This document shows positions 24,481 through 34,128 of a stretch of 64,000 bases of DNA, piece after piece. The number at the start of each line of letters is the position of its first letter. Positions within the stretch are counted from its first letter, which is position 1. Where the stretch lies: assembly GCA_963746405.1 (NCBI GenBank), contig CAVVAV010000003.1:338811-402810 (forward strand). The letters run 5' to 3'. Under the pieces are notes generated by a model. It was not told where the DNA came from. It saw only the letters and a program-made list of their open reading frames with translations, and made no database searches. The translations under genes were made by a program, and so were the position numbers. This DNA is from an uncultured Chloroflexia bacterium (GTDB taxonomy: Bacteria; Chloroflexota; Limnocylindria; Limnocylindrales; CSP1-4).

Positions 24481-27117
24481 TCAATCGCCGTCGGGCGGCG
24501 GCGGTGGCTCAGGGTCCTTGTCGTTTCCCCCGCCTCCGCCTCCGCCCCCGCCGCCACGGTCGGGATCCTTGTCCTTCTTCTCGCGACCCGAATCGTCGTC
24601 CCTGGGTGGCGGCTTCGGGCGTGCGCAGGCGCCGATCAACGGACCGCCCCACGTGCGCTCGCCCCAGAAGTAGGCCGTCGCCGAGTCGTAGCGGCCGGTC
24701 ACGCCGGCACCACGATGCGCGCGCCTGAGCCAATCCTGGACGTCGGTCCGCCATGCCGATCGACCGAGCTCGGCCTTGACCGGATCGACCCGCCAGCCGC
24801 CGCACCCGATCCGGTACAGGAGGCCGTCCCGGTCGATCGCCTTGCGCGCACCCGGCTGCGTGCCACGAGTGAAGTACTCCGTCCTCGTGTCGCGTGTCCA
24901 CGGACCCGGCCGGCCACCGGACCACGCATCGATCCTGGCCGAGACGACGTCCTTGGGCCGCCGGAACTTCGCGACCTTCCACTTCCGCGTGTAGTCGCGG
25001 ACGAAGGCCCGCCACAGCGGCGCGGCCGCGGTCAGCGACGTCGCCGCGTCACCTCGGGCGCGGGGATACGAGTGGTCGCTGTTGCCCATCCAGATGCCGA
25101 CGACGAGGCCGGCACCATCCTTGCCATTCGCGGGCAGATAGCCGTAGGTGCCAAGGTCGCGCGCGTCGTTCGTCGTGCCGGTCTTGGCCGCAGCGGGCCG
25201 GCGAGAGCCACCAGGACCGTTGCGCAGGGCCAGCTTCGCGGCCCAGATATCGTTCTGCTTCGGATCCGTATTCCCGGCCAGGATGTCACTGACCAGGAAG
25301 GCCGTCTGTGAGGAGATGGCGCGTTCCCCCTCCGCCTTGCCCGCCTTCCAGACGGCGCGGCCGTCGGCGCCGCGGATCTCGAGGATCATCCGTGGCGGCA
25401 TGCGGACGCCACCGTTGGCGATCGTCCCGTAGGCGGACGTCAGATCGAGGGGCCGGACCTCCACCGTTCCGAGGGCGCCGGCCAGACCCGCCTGCAGGAA
25501 CGCCTTGCGGCCGCCCGCAAAGCGGATCCCCATCGCCTCCGCGGTGTCCGCGACCCGCTCGCTGCCGACCCGCTCGAGGGCCCGGATCGCCGGGATGTTG
25601 AGCGAGTACTGGAGGGCCCGTCGGACGAGCACCGGACCGCGCTCACGCTGGTCGGCGTCGCGTGGCGCCCAGTCCTGGCGTCGATCGAATTCGGTCGTGA
25701 CGTCGAGCAGCAGGCTGCCGGGGCTCAGCCGGTTGGCCTCGAATGCGGCGGCGTACAGGATGGGCTTGAACGCGGAGCCCGGCTGTCGGGCACCGTCGCC
25801 CGCTGCGTCGTACTTCGGCTCGAACGACTTGCTTGCGAGATCATCGCGAGCGTAGCCGGCGCTGCCGGCATAGGCCAGGACGTCGCCGTTCCGATAGTCG
25901 AGGGCGACGAGTGCGCCGTTGTGCAGGTCCTTGCCACGCAGCGCGCGGATCCATGTTCGGTCCCGGCTCGGGATCTTGAGTGTCTTGAGCATCGCGTTCG
26001 CGCGCTTGGGCGCGATGTTCGGCGCGATCACGGCCGCGCCAAGCCAGCGCTCGGCCAGGCGTTGGGCTCGCCAATCCAGCGTCGTGATCACCCGGTAGCC
26101 GCCACGTTCCAGGTCGGCGTCCGCGCCGAGGATCGCCAGAAGCTGGCGGCGTACCTGCCAGGTGAAATGCCCGCCCGGGACGCGCGCCGGTCGATCCCCG
26201 GCGAGCACGACCGGCTCTGCCATCGCGGCACGGAGCTCGGATGGCGTCAGCTTCGTCCAGCGTCCGGCCGTCTGGAGGCCGTGGAGGATCCAATCGCGTC
26301 GGACGATCGGTTCCGCATCCGCGGGCACGACGAGCCGGCCCTCCTCGTCCTCCACGGCGTACCGATACGGATCCAGCAGGGACGGCGCCTTGGGCAGGCC
26401 GGCCAGCAGGGCGGCCTGCGCCACCGTCAGTCGTTCGAGGTCCGTCACGCCGAAGTACACGTCAGCCGCGGCCGCGATCCCATAGGCCTCGTGGCCGTAG
26501 TAGATCTCGTTGAGATAGGCGCTGATCACCCGCTCCTTGCCGACGGTGCCCGGGTACTCGTCGGTCAGGCGCAGCGCCTGGACGATCTCCTTCGCCTTGC
26601 GCAGATAGCGGTCCGAGCCGTTGATGACGTCCTCCGGCAACAAGCGAGCCCGCACCAGCTGCTGCGTGATCGTCGAGGCGCCCCGCTCGCTCACGCCCGA
26701 TGCGTTCTCGGCCACGGCCGAGATCAGCGCGGCCGGGTCGATGCCGGCGTTCTCCCAGAAGGAGCGGTCCTCGGCGGTCGTCGTCGCGTCGAGCACGAGC
26801 GCCGGGATCTCGTCGTAGTCGATGACGCGGCGGCGCTCGTCCTGGAATCGCCCGAGCTCGATCTTGCCCTCACGGTCGTAGACGATCGTCGGCTGGGCGA
26901 ACGCCAGCTTGCCGAGGTCGCTCGGGTCGGGGAGGTCGGACGACAGGACGCCGAGCGCGGACACCGACACGACGCCGGCAAGCCCGACGACGACGAGGGC
27001 GGACGAGGTGACGACGGCGAGGACCGCCCACAGACCCCGCGACCGGGAACGGGGCGGCGGGCGACGCCGCGTCCCCTCGCCTCGCCGGATCGCGACGATC
27101 CGGGTGGTGCGGGTCAC
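24481..27117 (-). CDS. class A penicillin-binding protein (transglycosylase/transpeptidase), basic paralogue
   Basis: TM, AEDRSFW, GASTITQQL, RKAKE, GSAFKP (SxxK), SLN and KTG motifs. Confidence 0.93.
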   Translation of the reverse strand: MTRTTRIVAIRRGEGTRRRPPPRSRSRGLWAVLAVVTSSALVVVGLAGVVSVSALGVLSSDLPDPSDLGKLAFAQPTIVYDREGKIELGRFQDERRRVIDYDEIPALVLDATTTAEDRSFWENAGIDPAALISAVAENASGVSERGASTITQQLVRARLLPEDVINGSDRYLRKAKEIVQALRLTDEYPGTVGKERVISAYLNEIYYGHEAYGIAAAADVYFGVTDLERLTVAQAALLAGLPKAPSLLDPYRYAVEDEEGRLVVPADAEPIVRRDWILHGLQTAGRWTKLTPSELRAAMAEPVVLAGDRPARVPGGHFTWQVRRQLLAILGADADLERGGYRVITTLDWRAQRLAERWLGAAVIAPNIAPKRANAMLKTLKIPSRDRTWIRALRGKDLHNGALVALDYRNGDVLAYAGSAGYARDDLASKSFEPKYDAAGDGARQPGSAFKPILYAAAFEANRLSPGSLLLDVTTEFDRRQDWAPRDADQRERGPVLVRRALQYSLNIPAIRALERVGSERVADTAEAMGIRFAGGRKAFLQAGLAGALGTVEVRPLDLTSAYGTIANGGVRMPPRMILEIRGADGRAVWKAGKAEGERAISSQTAFLVSDILAGNTDPKQNDIWAAKLALRNGPGGSRRPAAAKTGTTNDARDLGTYGYLPANGKDGAGLVVGIWMGNSDHSYPRARGDAATSLTAAAPLWRAFVRDYTRKWKVAKFRRPKDVVSARIDAWSGGRPGPWTRDTRTEYFTRGTQPGARKAIDRDGLLYRIGCGGWRVDPVKAELGRSAWRTDVQDWLRRAHRGAGVTGRYDSATAYFWGERTWGGPLIGACARPKPPPRDDDSGREKKDKDPDRGGGGGGGGGGNDKDPEPPPPPDGD

Positions 27118-27283
27118 GGCCTGATGCCGGGCATGGAACGACCGACGGCGGTGAACACGAACCGATCGTGGGCTCGCGCACGTGACGGGCGCACTCGTGC
27201 GCGAAGCACCCCGGTTGCATGACCGTGACAGCGTGGAGCTCGCCGCGGCAGCTCACCTACCATGACTCCTCCATCAGGAGGAT

Positions 27284-27949
27284 ATGCCCCCGATGTCAGA
27301 TGAGCGTCAGAGCCCGAACGCGGATCCCGGGACGATCACGGTCGGCGGCACCGGCCGTGTGTCGGTACAGCCCGATGTCGCCGACCTGCGCCTCGGTGTT
27401 TCGGTCGCCCGCCCGACGGTCGACGCCGCCCGGGCGGTGGCCACGGCGACGATGGATGCGATCCTGGCCGCCGTGGACGCGGCCGGGTTGGATCGGCGCG
27501 ACGTACGGACGGCGGTGTTGTCCGTCCAGCCGCGTTACGACTACCGGGGGGACCACTCGCCGGTGCTCACCGGCTATGAGCTCGCCAATGTCGTCGAGGT
27601 GACCGTCCGCGACCTGGCTCGGCTCGGCGACGTGATCGACGGGGCCCTTGGTGCTGGCGCGACGAGCATGGACAGCCTCTCGTTCAGGCTGGCCGACCCG
27701 GTTCCCGCGGAACGCGAGGCAAGGATGCGGGCCATGGCGGCCGCGCGAGCCCATGCCGATGTCCTTGCAGAGGCCGCCGGTCTCACGATCGTGGGCGTGT
27801 CGGACATCGTCGAAGGCGGCGTCGCAACCCCGCCCGAGCCGCGCTACAAGGCCGCCAGGATGATGGTCTCCGAGGACGCGACGACGCCGGTCGAGGCGGG
27901 CTCCATGGAAATCGCCGTCGGCGTCACGGTCACGTACCGGGCGCGCTGA
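27284..27949 (+). CDS. SIMPL (DUF541) domain protein
   Basis: ITVGGTGRVSVQPDVADLRLGV, GATSMDSLSF and VTVTY motifs. GGAGGA SD. Confidence 0.88.
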   Translation: MPPMSDERQSPNADPGTITVGGTGRVSVQPDVADLRLGVSVARPTVDAARAVATATMDAILAAVDAAGLDRRDVRTAVLSVQPRYDYRGDHSPVLTGYELANVVEVTVRDLARLGDVIDGALGAGATSMDSLSFRLADPVPAEREARMRAMAAARAHADVLAEAAGLTIVGVSDIVEGGVATPPEPRYKAARMMVSEDATTPVEAGSMEIAVGVTVTYRAR

Positions 27950-27952
27950 CGG

Positions 27953-29242
27953 TCACCCGCCGTCGACGGCGACGCGCAGCAGGTCGCCGCCCGCGAGGTC
28001 GGTCGCGAACAGCTCGCCCGCAGCATCCTCGCCGATCGCGCTGATCGAACGTCCACTCTCGAGCGCCAGGATCGGTGCGCGCAACTCGTCGATGGCCGGG
28101 TCGATGACCCAGAAGCGGCCAGAGCAGTTGTCGGAGAGGACGTACCAGCCCCGCAGCCCGGGCTGGGCCGCACCGCGGTACACCGTCCCCCCGATCACGG
28201 AGCAGCCAAGGTCGTGCCCGTATTCGGTGACCGGGAGCGTGAGCTCGTCGGTCAGGCAGTCGGACCCGGGATCGCGGTAACAGATCGAGCCTTCCATCAG
28301 GTTCCAGCCGAAGTCCAGCCCGCCTACGCCGGCCCGGGCGACATCGATCTCCTCGCGCTGGCCCTGTCCCACGTCGCCGATCCACAGGTCGCCAGTGACC
28401 CGATCGAAACGGATGCGCCAAGGGTTGCGCAGGCCGGTCAGCCAGATCTCCGGCCGCGCCTGGTCGACGTCGAGGAACGGGTTGTCGGCGGGGATGCCGT
28501 AGGGCGGATCGCTCCCGGCCGCGACGTTCACATCGATGCGCAGGATCTTGGCAAGGAGGGTGTTCAGGTGCCGACCGGAGTCGAGCGGGTCGCCGCCGCC
28601 CCCACCGTCCCCGGTCGAGATGTAGAGATGGCCATCCGGCCCGAACGCCAGCCCACCGCCGTTGTGGTTGCCGAACCGGTCCTCCATCCGCAACAGGAGG
28701 ACCGCGCTGTCCGGGTCCGCCCGGTCGCGGTCGTCCGGCATGGTCTCGTAGGATGCGACGACCTGCTTCCCGTCGAGGGCGGTGTAATAAACGAAGAATC
28801 GGCGATCGGCGGGGTCCGGGTGGAAGGCGAGGCCGAGCAGCCCGCGCTCGCCGCCGGCCGAGACCATCCCGCCGATGTCGAGGAGCGGCCGCTCGACTAG
28901 AGCCCCGTCGCGCACGATCCGGATCCGCCCGTCCTGCTCGACCACGAACAGGCCGGGATCGTCGGTCCGCCAGGCGATATCGAGGGGCGACTCGAGCCCG
29001 CCGACCACCGGCTCGAGGCTGAGACGCGGCGGCTGGCCGAGCGTGCCCGGGGAGGGGAGCGTCGGGATCGGCGACGTCGCCACGGACGCCGGCGCGGACA
29101 CGACCGGTGAGGACCCCGGAGATCCCGTGGCTGGTGCGGAGCGTGTCCCCGAAGGGTCCGACACCCCGGCGCATGCCGCGACAAGCATCGTCGTCAACAG
29201 CGCACCGAGCGCGACCCGGAAGGGTCGTCGTTGGTCGTGCAT
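27953..29242 (-). CDS. PQQ-dependent (glucose/sorbosone) dehydrogenase lipoprotein
   Basis: Lipobox LVAAC, GERGLLGLAFHP, NHNGG, DGGGGGDP, GLRNPWR and DVGQ motifs. Confidence 0.9.
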   Translation of the reverse strand: MHDQRRPFRVALGALLTTMLVAACAGVSDPSGTRSAPATGSPGSSPVVSAPASVATSPIPTLPSPGTLGQPPRLSLEPVVGGLESPLDIAWRTDDPGLFVVEQDGRIRIVRDGALVERPLLDIGGMVSAGGERGLLGLAFHPDPADRRFFVYYTALDGKQVVASYETMPDDRDRADPDSAVLLLRMEDRFGNHNGGGLAFGPDGHLYISTGDGGGGGDPLDSGRHLNTLLAKILRIDVNVAAGSDPPYGIPADNPFLDVDQARPEIWLTGLRNPWRIRFDRVTGDLWIGDVGQGQREEIDVARAGVGGLDFGWNLMEGSICYRDPGSDCLTDELTLPVTEYGHDLGCSVIGGTVYRGAAQPGLRGWYVLSDNCSGRFWVIDPAIDELRAPILALESGRSISAIGEDAAGELFATDLAGGDLLRVAVDGG

Positions 29243-29365
29243 GGTGACGAAGGGTACCGGGATGTCGATGGGAGGGCTGTGGACGGGGGCGGAGCCGCTG
29301 CGTGATATCCGGGATGCGTCGGCGATCACGGCTGCTACGCTCCGGCCATGGGAGGGTCGTGACCG

Positions 29366-29692
29366 ATGGATGCGTGGGAGCTCGGCGAACTCGAGGCGGC
29401 ACGGGCGGCAACGGCACGGCCGTATCACGAGTTCCTTTCCGTTCCGGACCTGTCCGGTGGGTTGTACGTTCTCGAGGCGGGAGCCACTGATGGCCAGAAG
29501 CCCCACACCGAGGACGAGCTGTATGTCGTGATGTCCGGGCGGGCGCGGATCACCGTCGGCGATGAGGTCCGCGACGTCCGCGAGGGCACGATCGTCTTCG
29601 TGGCTGCCGGCGTCACGCACCGGTTCCACGACATCGAGGAGCGGCTGGTGCTCTTCGTGGCCTTCGGTCCCGCGGAGGACTCGCGCGCCTGA
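29366..29692 (+). CDS. cupin domain protein
   Basis: QKPHTEDELYVVMSG...VAAGVTHRFH motifs. Confidence 0.88.
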   Translation: MDAWELGELEAARAATARPYHEFLSVPDLSGGLYVLEAGATDGQKPHTEDELYVVMSGRARITVGDEVRDVREGTIVFVAAGVTHRFHDIEERLVLFVAFGPAEDSRA

Positions 29693-29718
29693 CCCTCGCC
29701 TGGCGCTCGTTGGGCCCG

Positions 29719-30471
29719 TTAGCCGGGATCACCGCCGCGACGCGAAGCGACCGCCGCCGTCAGCGCGAGGGCCAGTTCCGGCCCGCGTCCCACAGGGTCG
29801 TGGCGAAAGAAGACGTACGCGTCATCGCCGGCAACGAGAAAAGGGTCCAGTCGATCGGCCCAGGCCCCGATCTCGTCGCGCGTGTAGTCGTGGCGGCGGA
29901 GTCGCAGGTAGAGGAAGGGCGCGGTGCGGCGCAGCGTGGGTGGTTCGTCCTCGTCCGGGTCGTCGACGGCGCACAGCGCCGCTCCCGCCGAGGTCAGCGC
30001 CGATATGGTCTCGTCGACGTGCCAGGACGGGTCGCGGAATTCGACGGTCAGCGGCAGGTCGCGCGGCCAGGCAGCGAGGAATGCCGCGAGCCGTCCGTCG
30101 TCGCGCTTGACCGGGTCCGGGGCGCGGAAGAACACCGTCCCGAGCCGCTCGCCGAACGCGCGGTACGGATCCGTCAACCACGAGAGTCCCGCCTCGGGCT
30201 CGCCGCCGAATGCCCGCCATGAGCCGCCGCGCTGTGCCTTGACGCTGAACCGGAAGGTCGGCGGCGTGGCGTCGACCCAGGCGGCCACCTTGCTCGCCGA
30301 GGGTTGCTGGTAGAACGTGTTGTTCAGCTCCACCGCCGGGAGGCTGCCGGCGTAGTGACGGAGCAGGCCGTCGCCGCGGAGCCCGGGCGGGTAGAACCGC
30401 GGGCTCCAGTCCGGATACGCGAACCCGCTCGTGCCCGCGTACAGGCGACCGGGCGCGTGCGGTTCAGCCGT
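29719..30471 (-). CDS. DUF72 family protein (no canonical start; ACG at 30471 proposed)
   Basis: The frame reads RLYAGTSGFAYPDW...VELNNTFY...FRFSVKA...YLRLRR upstream of the track's start at 30333. No ATG/GTG/TTG before the conserved N-terminus. Confidence 0.8.
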   Translation of the reverse strand, partial: TAEPHAPGRLYAGTSGFAYPDWSPRFYPPGLRGDGLLRHYAGSLPAVELNNTFYQQPSASKVAAWVDATPPTFRFSVKAQRGGSWRAFGGEPEAGLSWLTDPYRAFGERLGTVFFRAPDPVKRDDGRLAAFLAAWPRDLPLTVEFRDPSWHVDETISALTSAGAALCAVDDPDEDEPPTLRRTAPFLYLRLRRHDYTRDEIGAWADRLDPFLVAGDDAYVFFRHDPVGRGPELALALTAAVASRRGGDPG

Positions 30472-30961
30472 CGGTGTCGGTCCCGGCGCGTTCGGCCACG
30501 GCCCGCATCGTTCGGTCGATCACCGCAAGGTCGTCGAGGTCGAGGGCCGCGAGGAAGTGCTCGTCGATGCCGCGCAAGTGCGTCCGCGATGCCCGGCGCA
30601 GGCGCTCGAGCCCGGCGCTCGTGAGGACAGCCTCGGCACCGCGGGCGTCCGACAGGCACGCATCGCGCTGGACGAGGCCGTCGAGCACGAGCCGGTCGAT
30701 GAGGCGGGTGACGCCGCTCTTGCTGAGGATGACCAGGTCGGCGAGCTGACGCATCCGGATGCGGCGACCCGGCGCATCCGCGATGGTCAGCAGCGCGTCG
30801 TACTCCGCGAGCGACAGGTCATGCTCGGCGCGGAGCTCCTCGTCCAGCCGTCGCGTGATGCGGGCATGCGCCTGCAGGAAGGCCCGCCAGGGTTCGATCC
30901 GCGGGTCACGCGCGGACAACTGCGCCTCGGGCTGGGCGCCCGGGCCCTCGGTGACGGTCAT
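30464..30961 (-). CDS. MarR family transcriptional regulator
   Basis: LSLAEYDALL, RMRQLAD...SKSGVTRLIDRL...GLV and DARG motifs. Divergent from yceI. Confidence 0.92.
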   Translation of the reverse strand: MTVTEGPGAQPEAQLSARDPRIEPWRAFLQAHARITRRLDEELRAEHDLSLAEYDALLTIADAPGRRIRMRQLADLVILSKSGVTRLIDRLVLDGLVQRDACLSDARGAEAVLTSAGLERLRRASRTHLRGIDEHFLAALDLDDLAVIDRTMRAVAERAGTDTDG

Positions 30962-31000
30962 GGGCCCGATGCTACACCTCTCCGTTCCTGCGGTCCTCTG

Positions 31001-31043
31001 GTTGACAGCGCAACGATAGGGGCGATATGGTTGCAACGTCAAC
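31001..31043. promoter_or_regulatory. yceI promoter (TTGACA-N18-TATGGT) overlapped by two GTTG-N6-CAAC palindromes (probable MarR operators)
   Basis: GTTGACAGCGCAAC at 31001-31014 and GTTGCAACGTCAAC at 31030-31043. Confidence 0.7.
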
Positions 31044-31074
31044 TAACAACGCGGAGGAACGAACCCCAACCCCC

Positions 31075-31638
31075 ATGACCACCTGGAAGATCGACAACGC
31101 CCACACCCAGGTCAGCTTCTCGGCCAAGCACATGATGGTGACCAACGTCCGTGGCTCGTTCCACGACGTCCAAGGCACCATCGAGCTGGACGAGAATGAC
31201 CCGACGCGATCGCGTGGCGAGTTCCGCGTCGCAGCCGCGAGCGTCGACACCAATTTCGGCGCCCGCGACACCCACCTGCGTTCGCCGGACTTCTTCGATG
31301 CCGAGCGGTTCCCCGACATCACCTTCATCTCGACCGACATCCGACGCAGCCGTGACGACGAGTACCAGGTCACCGGCGACCTGACGATCCGCGACATCAC
31401 GAAGCCCCTGACCTTCGACGTCGCCCTCGAGGGCATCGTGCCCGGCATGAGCGGTGCCCGTCACGCGGGCCTGACGGCCACGGCCACGGTCGCCCGCGGC
31501 GACTGGGGCCTCAACTGGAACGTCGCCCTCGAGCAGGGCGGCTGGCTGGTCGGCAAGACCATCAAGCTCGACATCGCCATCGCGGCCGACGAGGTCGCCG
31601 TGGCCGAGCCTGCCGAGCTGGTGGGCGCCACGTCGTAA
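31075..31638 (+). CDS. YceI family protein
   Basis: WKIDNAHTQVSF...HMMVTNVRGSF, RDTHLRSPDFFD and GLNWN motifs. Confidence 0.93.
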   Translation: MTTWKIDNAHTQVSFSAKHMMVTNVRGSFHDVQGTIELDENDPTRSRGEFRVAAASVDTNFGARDTHLRSPDFFDAERFPDITFISTDIRRSRDDEYQVTGDLTIRDITKPLTFDVALEGIVPGMSGARHAGLTATATVARGDWGLNWNVALEQGGWLVGKTIKLDIAIAADEVAVAEPAELVGATS

Positions 31639-31682
31639 CAGCGGACGTTCCGCAAACCATCAACGCGCCTCCTCCGCGTACA

Positions 31683-31710
31683 GGACGCCCCGGCCTCGGT
31701 CGGGGCGTCC
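31683..31710 (+). terminator. terminator-like hairpin after yceI
   Basis: GGACGCCCCG-N8-CGGGGCGTCC. Confidence 0.6.
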
Positions 31711-31760
31711 GTGTACCCGCCTCCAGGTCGCCGCTCCGCGACATGCCATCATCGGCCACG

Positions 31761-32927
31761 ATGAGCGGCTTGGGTTTGGCGGCGGTCGGTCGCGCGCCCG
31801 ACGTCGTCGTCGTCGGCGGCGGGATCGTCGGCGTCGCCTCGGCGGCGCACCTCGCCGCCCTGGGACGGCGCGTCGTGCTGATCGAGCGTTCGCACCTCGC
31901 TGCGGGCGCCTCCGGGCGCAACTCGGGCGTCGTCCAGCATCCGCTGGACCCGGTGCTCATCGATCTCCATCTCGAGACACTTCGCCTGTATCGCGACCTC
32001 GCCGACCGCGAAGCGGGCCCGTTCACGCTGCCCGCTCACCCGGCTGGTCTGCTGCTGGTGACCAACGATCCGGCGGTGGCGCGGCGGGTCACCGATACGC
32101 TCGTGACATCGCACCCCGAGCTTGCCCCGACCTTCCTTGACCCCGAGACGACACAGGCTCTCGAGCCCGCGCTTGCCCGGGGCGTGGCCGCCTGTCGCCT
32201 CGAGATCGGCTTCCCCGTCGCGCCGGCCGCGGCCACGCACGCCTACGCCTCCTGGGCGGAAAGGCTCGGGGTGGCGGTCAGGGAAGGGCGGGCCGCGCGA
32301 CCACGGGTCGTATCCGGTCGCGTCGCCGGCGTCGAGCTTGACGGCGGGGAAAGGCTCGCGGCCGAAGAGGTCGTCGTCGCGGCCGGTCCGTGGACGCCCG
32401 AGGTCATCGACCCAGGCGGGTCGTGGCGGCCGATCCAGGCATCATGGGGCCTGGTGGCCAGTATCACGCTGGCGGCGCCGCCGACCCACATCCTGGAAGA
32501 GGCCGAGATCGACATCGAGCCCGGCGACGCGTCGCGGAGCGCGGCCGTCGACGCGGGCCACGCATTCAGCCTGGTCCCGGCCGGGGCTGACAGCACGCTC
32601 GGGTCGACCTTCCTCGACGACGAACCGGATCCGGTCGGGGTCCTGCCATCCATCCTGGCGCGCGGTGCGAGATTCGTCCCGGCCGTCGCCATGGCCGGCG
32701 TCCGCGCGCATCGGGTCTGCGCCCGGCCGCTGAGTCGCGACGGTCGGCCGCTCGTCGGTCGCGTCCCCGGCATCGAGGGACTGTGGGTCGCCGCCGGCCA
32801 TGGCCCGTGGGGCATCTCGACGGGACCCGCGAGCGGCCGCCTCATCGCGGATCTGCTGGACGCACGCGTGGCTGCGCCGCCGGCGGCATTGGATCCCGGG
32901 CGGTTCGGACGTCCGCCACTCGCCTAG
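31761..32927 (+). CDS. FAD-dependent oxidoreductase (DAO/glycine oxidase family)
   Basis: VVGGGIVG, GASGRNSG, VVAAGPW, RPLSRDGRPLVG and AAGHGPWGISTGP motifs. Confidence 0.88.
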   Translation: MSGLGLAAVGRAPDVVVVGGGIVGVASAAHLAALGRRVVLIERSHLAAGASGRNSGVVQHPLDPVLIDLHLETLRLYRDLADREAGPFTLPAHPAGLLLVTNDPAVARRVTDTLVTSHPELAPTFLDPETTQALEPALARGVAACRLEIGFPVAPAAATHAYASWAERLGVAVREGRAARPRVVSGRVAGVELDGGERLAAEEVVVAAGPWTPEVIDPGGSWRPIQASWGLVASITLAAPPTHILEEAEIDIEPGDASRSAAVDAGHAFSLVPAGADSTLGSTFLDDEPDPVGVLPSILARGARFVPAVAMAGVRAHRVCARPLSRDGRPLVGRVPGIEGLWVAAGHGPWGISTGPASGRLIADLLDARVAAPPAALDPGRFGRPPLA

Positions 32928-32982
32928 CGGCCGGTCCTCGCATCGCGCCCTCGGTGGATCCTGGCGTCGCGTGCTCGGTCGG

Positions 32983-33213
32983 TCAGCGCCAGCCTTCGGC
33001 GTGGAACAGGTAGAACGTCGTCTGGGCCCAGGCCTCTCGCAGGCCGGTCCACCGCTCGGCGAGGATCGGGACGAGGGGACGACCCACGAGCTCGATCGCC
33101 TCGGGCGGTTCCACGGGCTCGGCACGCGGCCACGAGGGCGGGGGAGCGGGCGCCCGTCCGGCGAGATGCGGCTCGGCCCGGTCGATGCGAGCGATCACAG
33201 CATAGGCAGCCAT
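32983..33213 (-). CDS. 76-aa hypothetical protein with an aromatic C-terminal motif
   Basis: ATG 33213. Pro-rich middle, ending RWTGLREAWAQTTFYLFHAEGWR. Confidence 0.65.
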   Translation of the reverse strand: MAAYAVIARIDRAEPHLAGRAPAPPPSWPRAEPVEPPEAIELVGRPLVPILAERWTGLREAWAQTTFYLFHAEGWR

Positions 33214-33261
33214 GGCCCTACCAGCGTACTCCCCGCAGCGCCTCCCGACTATCCTTCCGGC

Positions 33262-34128
33262 ATGACACTGACCCAGCGCCGATACGGTGCCCAGAGCATG
33301 ACGTCGACCCTGCGCGACGTGCTGGTCAAGCGGCCCGGCGAGGCGTTCGGTCGGGCGTTCGACGATCCGGCACATGGTTTCCTGTCGCCGGTCGACCTCG
33401 AGGTCGCGCGTCGCGAGCACGACGCGTTCGTCGACGTGCTCGCCGGCCTCGGGCCGACGGTCCACATCCTCGACGCCGAGACCGACGACCCGGACCTCGT
33501 CTATCCCTTCGATCCGCTGCTCATCACCGATCGTGGCGCGATCCCGCTCCGCCCGGGCAAGCCGAATCGGGCCGACGAGCCCGCGCTCCTGGAGGCATGG
33601 ACCGAGGCCGCGGGCATCCCGACCCTCGGACGGATCGACCCGCCGGGCACGATCGAGGGCGGCGACACGTTCTGGCTGCGACCGGACCTGTTCTGCCTTG
33701 GCCGCACGCTGCGTACGAACGCGAGCGGCGTGGCGCAGCTGGCCGACCTCGTCGGTGGAGACGTCCGCGTCTTCGACGTCCCGTACTGGAAGGGTCCCGC
33801 GGAGCTCATCCACCTGATGAGCGTCATCTCGCCGGTGGCCGACGACCTCGCCGTCGTCTTCCTGCCGCTGCTGCCCGCCGGGCTGTGGGAGCTCCTGGTC
33901 GACCTCGAGATCCGGCTGATCGAGGTGCCACAGGAGGAATTCCCGACGCTTGGCTGCAACGTGCTTGCCGTCCGGCCCGGCGTCGTGATCATCGCCGAGG
34001 GCAACCCCGTCACGTCGGCGGCTCTCACCGCGGCCGGTTGCGAGGTCCATACCTATCCGGCCACGCAGATTGGGATCAATGGCTCTGGCGGGCCCACCTG
34101 CATGACGCGACCGATCCTCCGTGACTGA
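33262..34128 (+). CDS. amidinotransferase superfamily (DDAH/arginine deiminase-like) enzyme
   Basis: EHDAFV, IEGGD, GRTLRTN, IHL and GGPTCMTRP (catalytic Cys) motifs. Confidence 0.88.
   Translation: MTLTQRRYGAQSMTSTLRDVLVKRPGEAFGRAFDDPAHGFLSPVDLEVARREHDAFVDVLAGLGPTVHILDAETDDPDLVYPFDPLLITDRGAIPLRPGKPNRADEPALLEAWTEAAGIPTLGRIDPPGTIEGGDTFWLRPDLFCLGRTLRTNASGVAQLADLVGGDVRVFDVPYWKGPAELIHLMSVISPVADDLAVVFLPLLPAGLWELLVDLEIRLIEVPQEEFPTLGCNVLAVRPGVVIIAEGNPVTSAALTAAGCEVHTYPATQIGINGSGGPTCMTRPILRD

Noticed and set aside
27267-27282. TCCTCC-atca-GGAGGA hairpin hiding the SIMPL SD (thermometer-like)
   Set aside because: TACCAT at 27258-27263 puts the likely TSS near 27270, so most of the anti-SD would not be transcribed.
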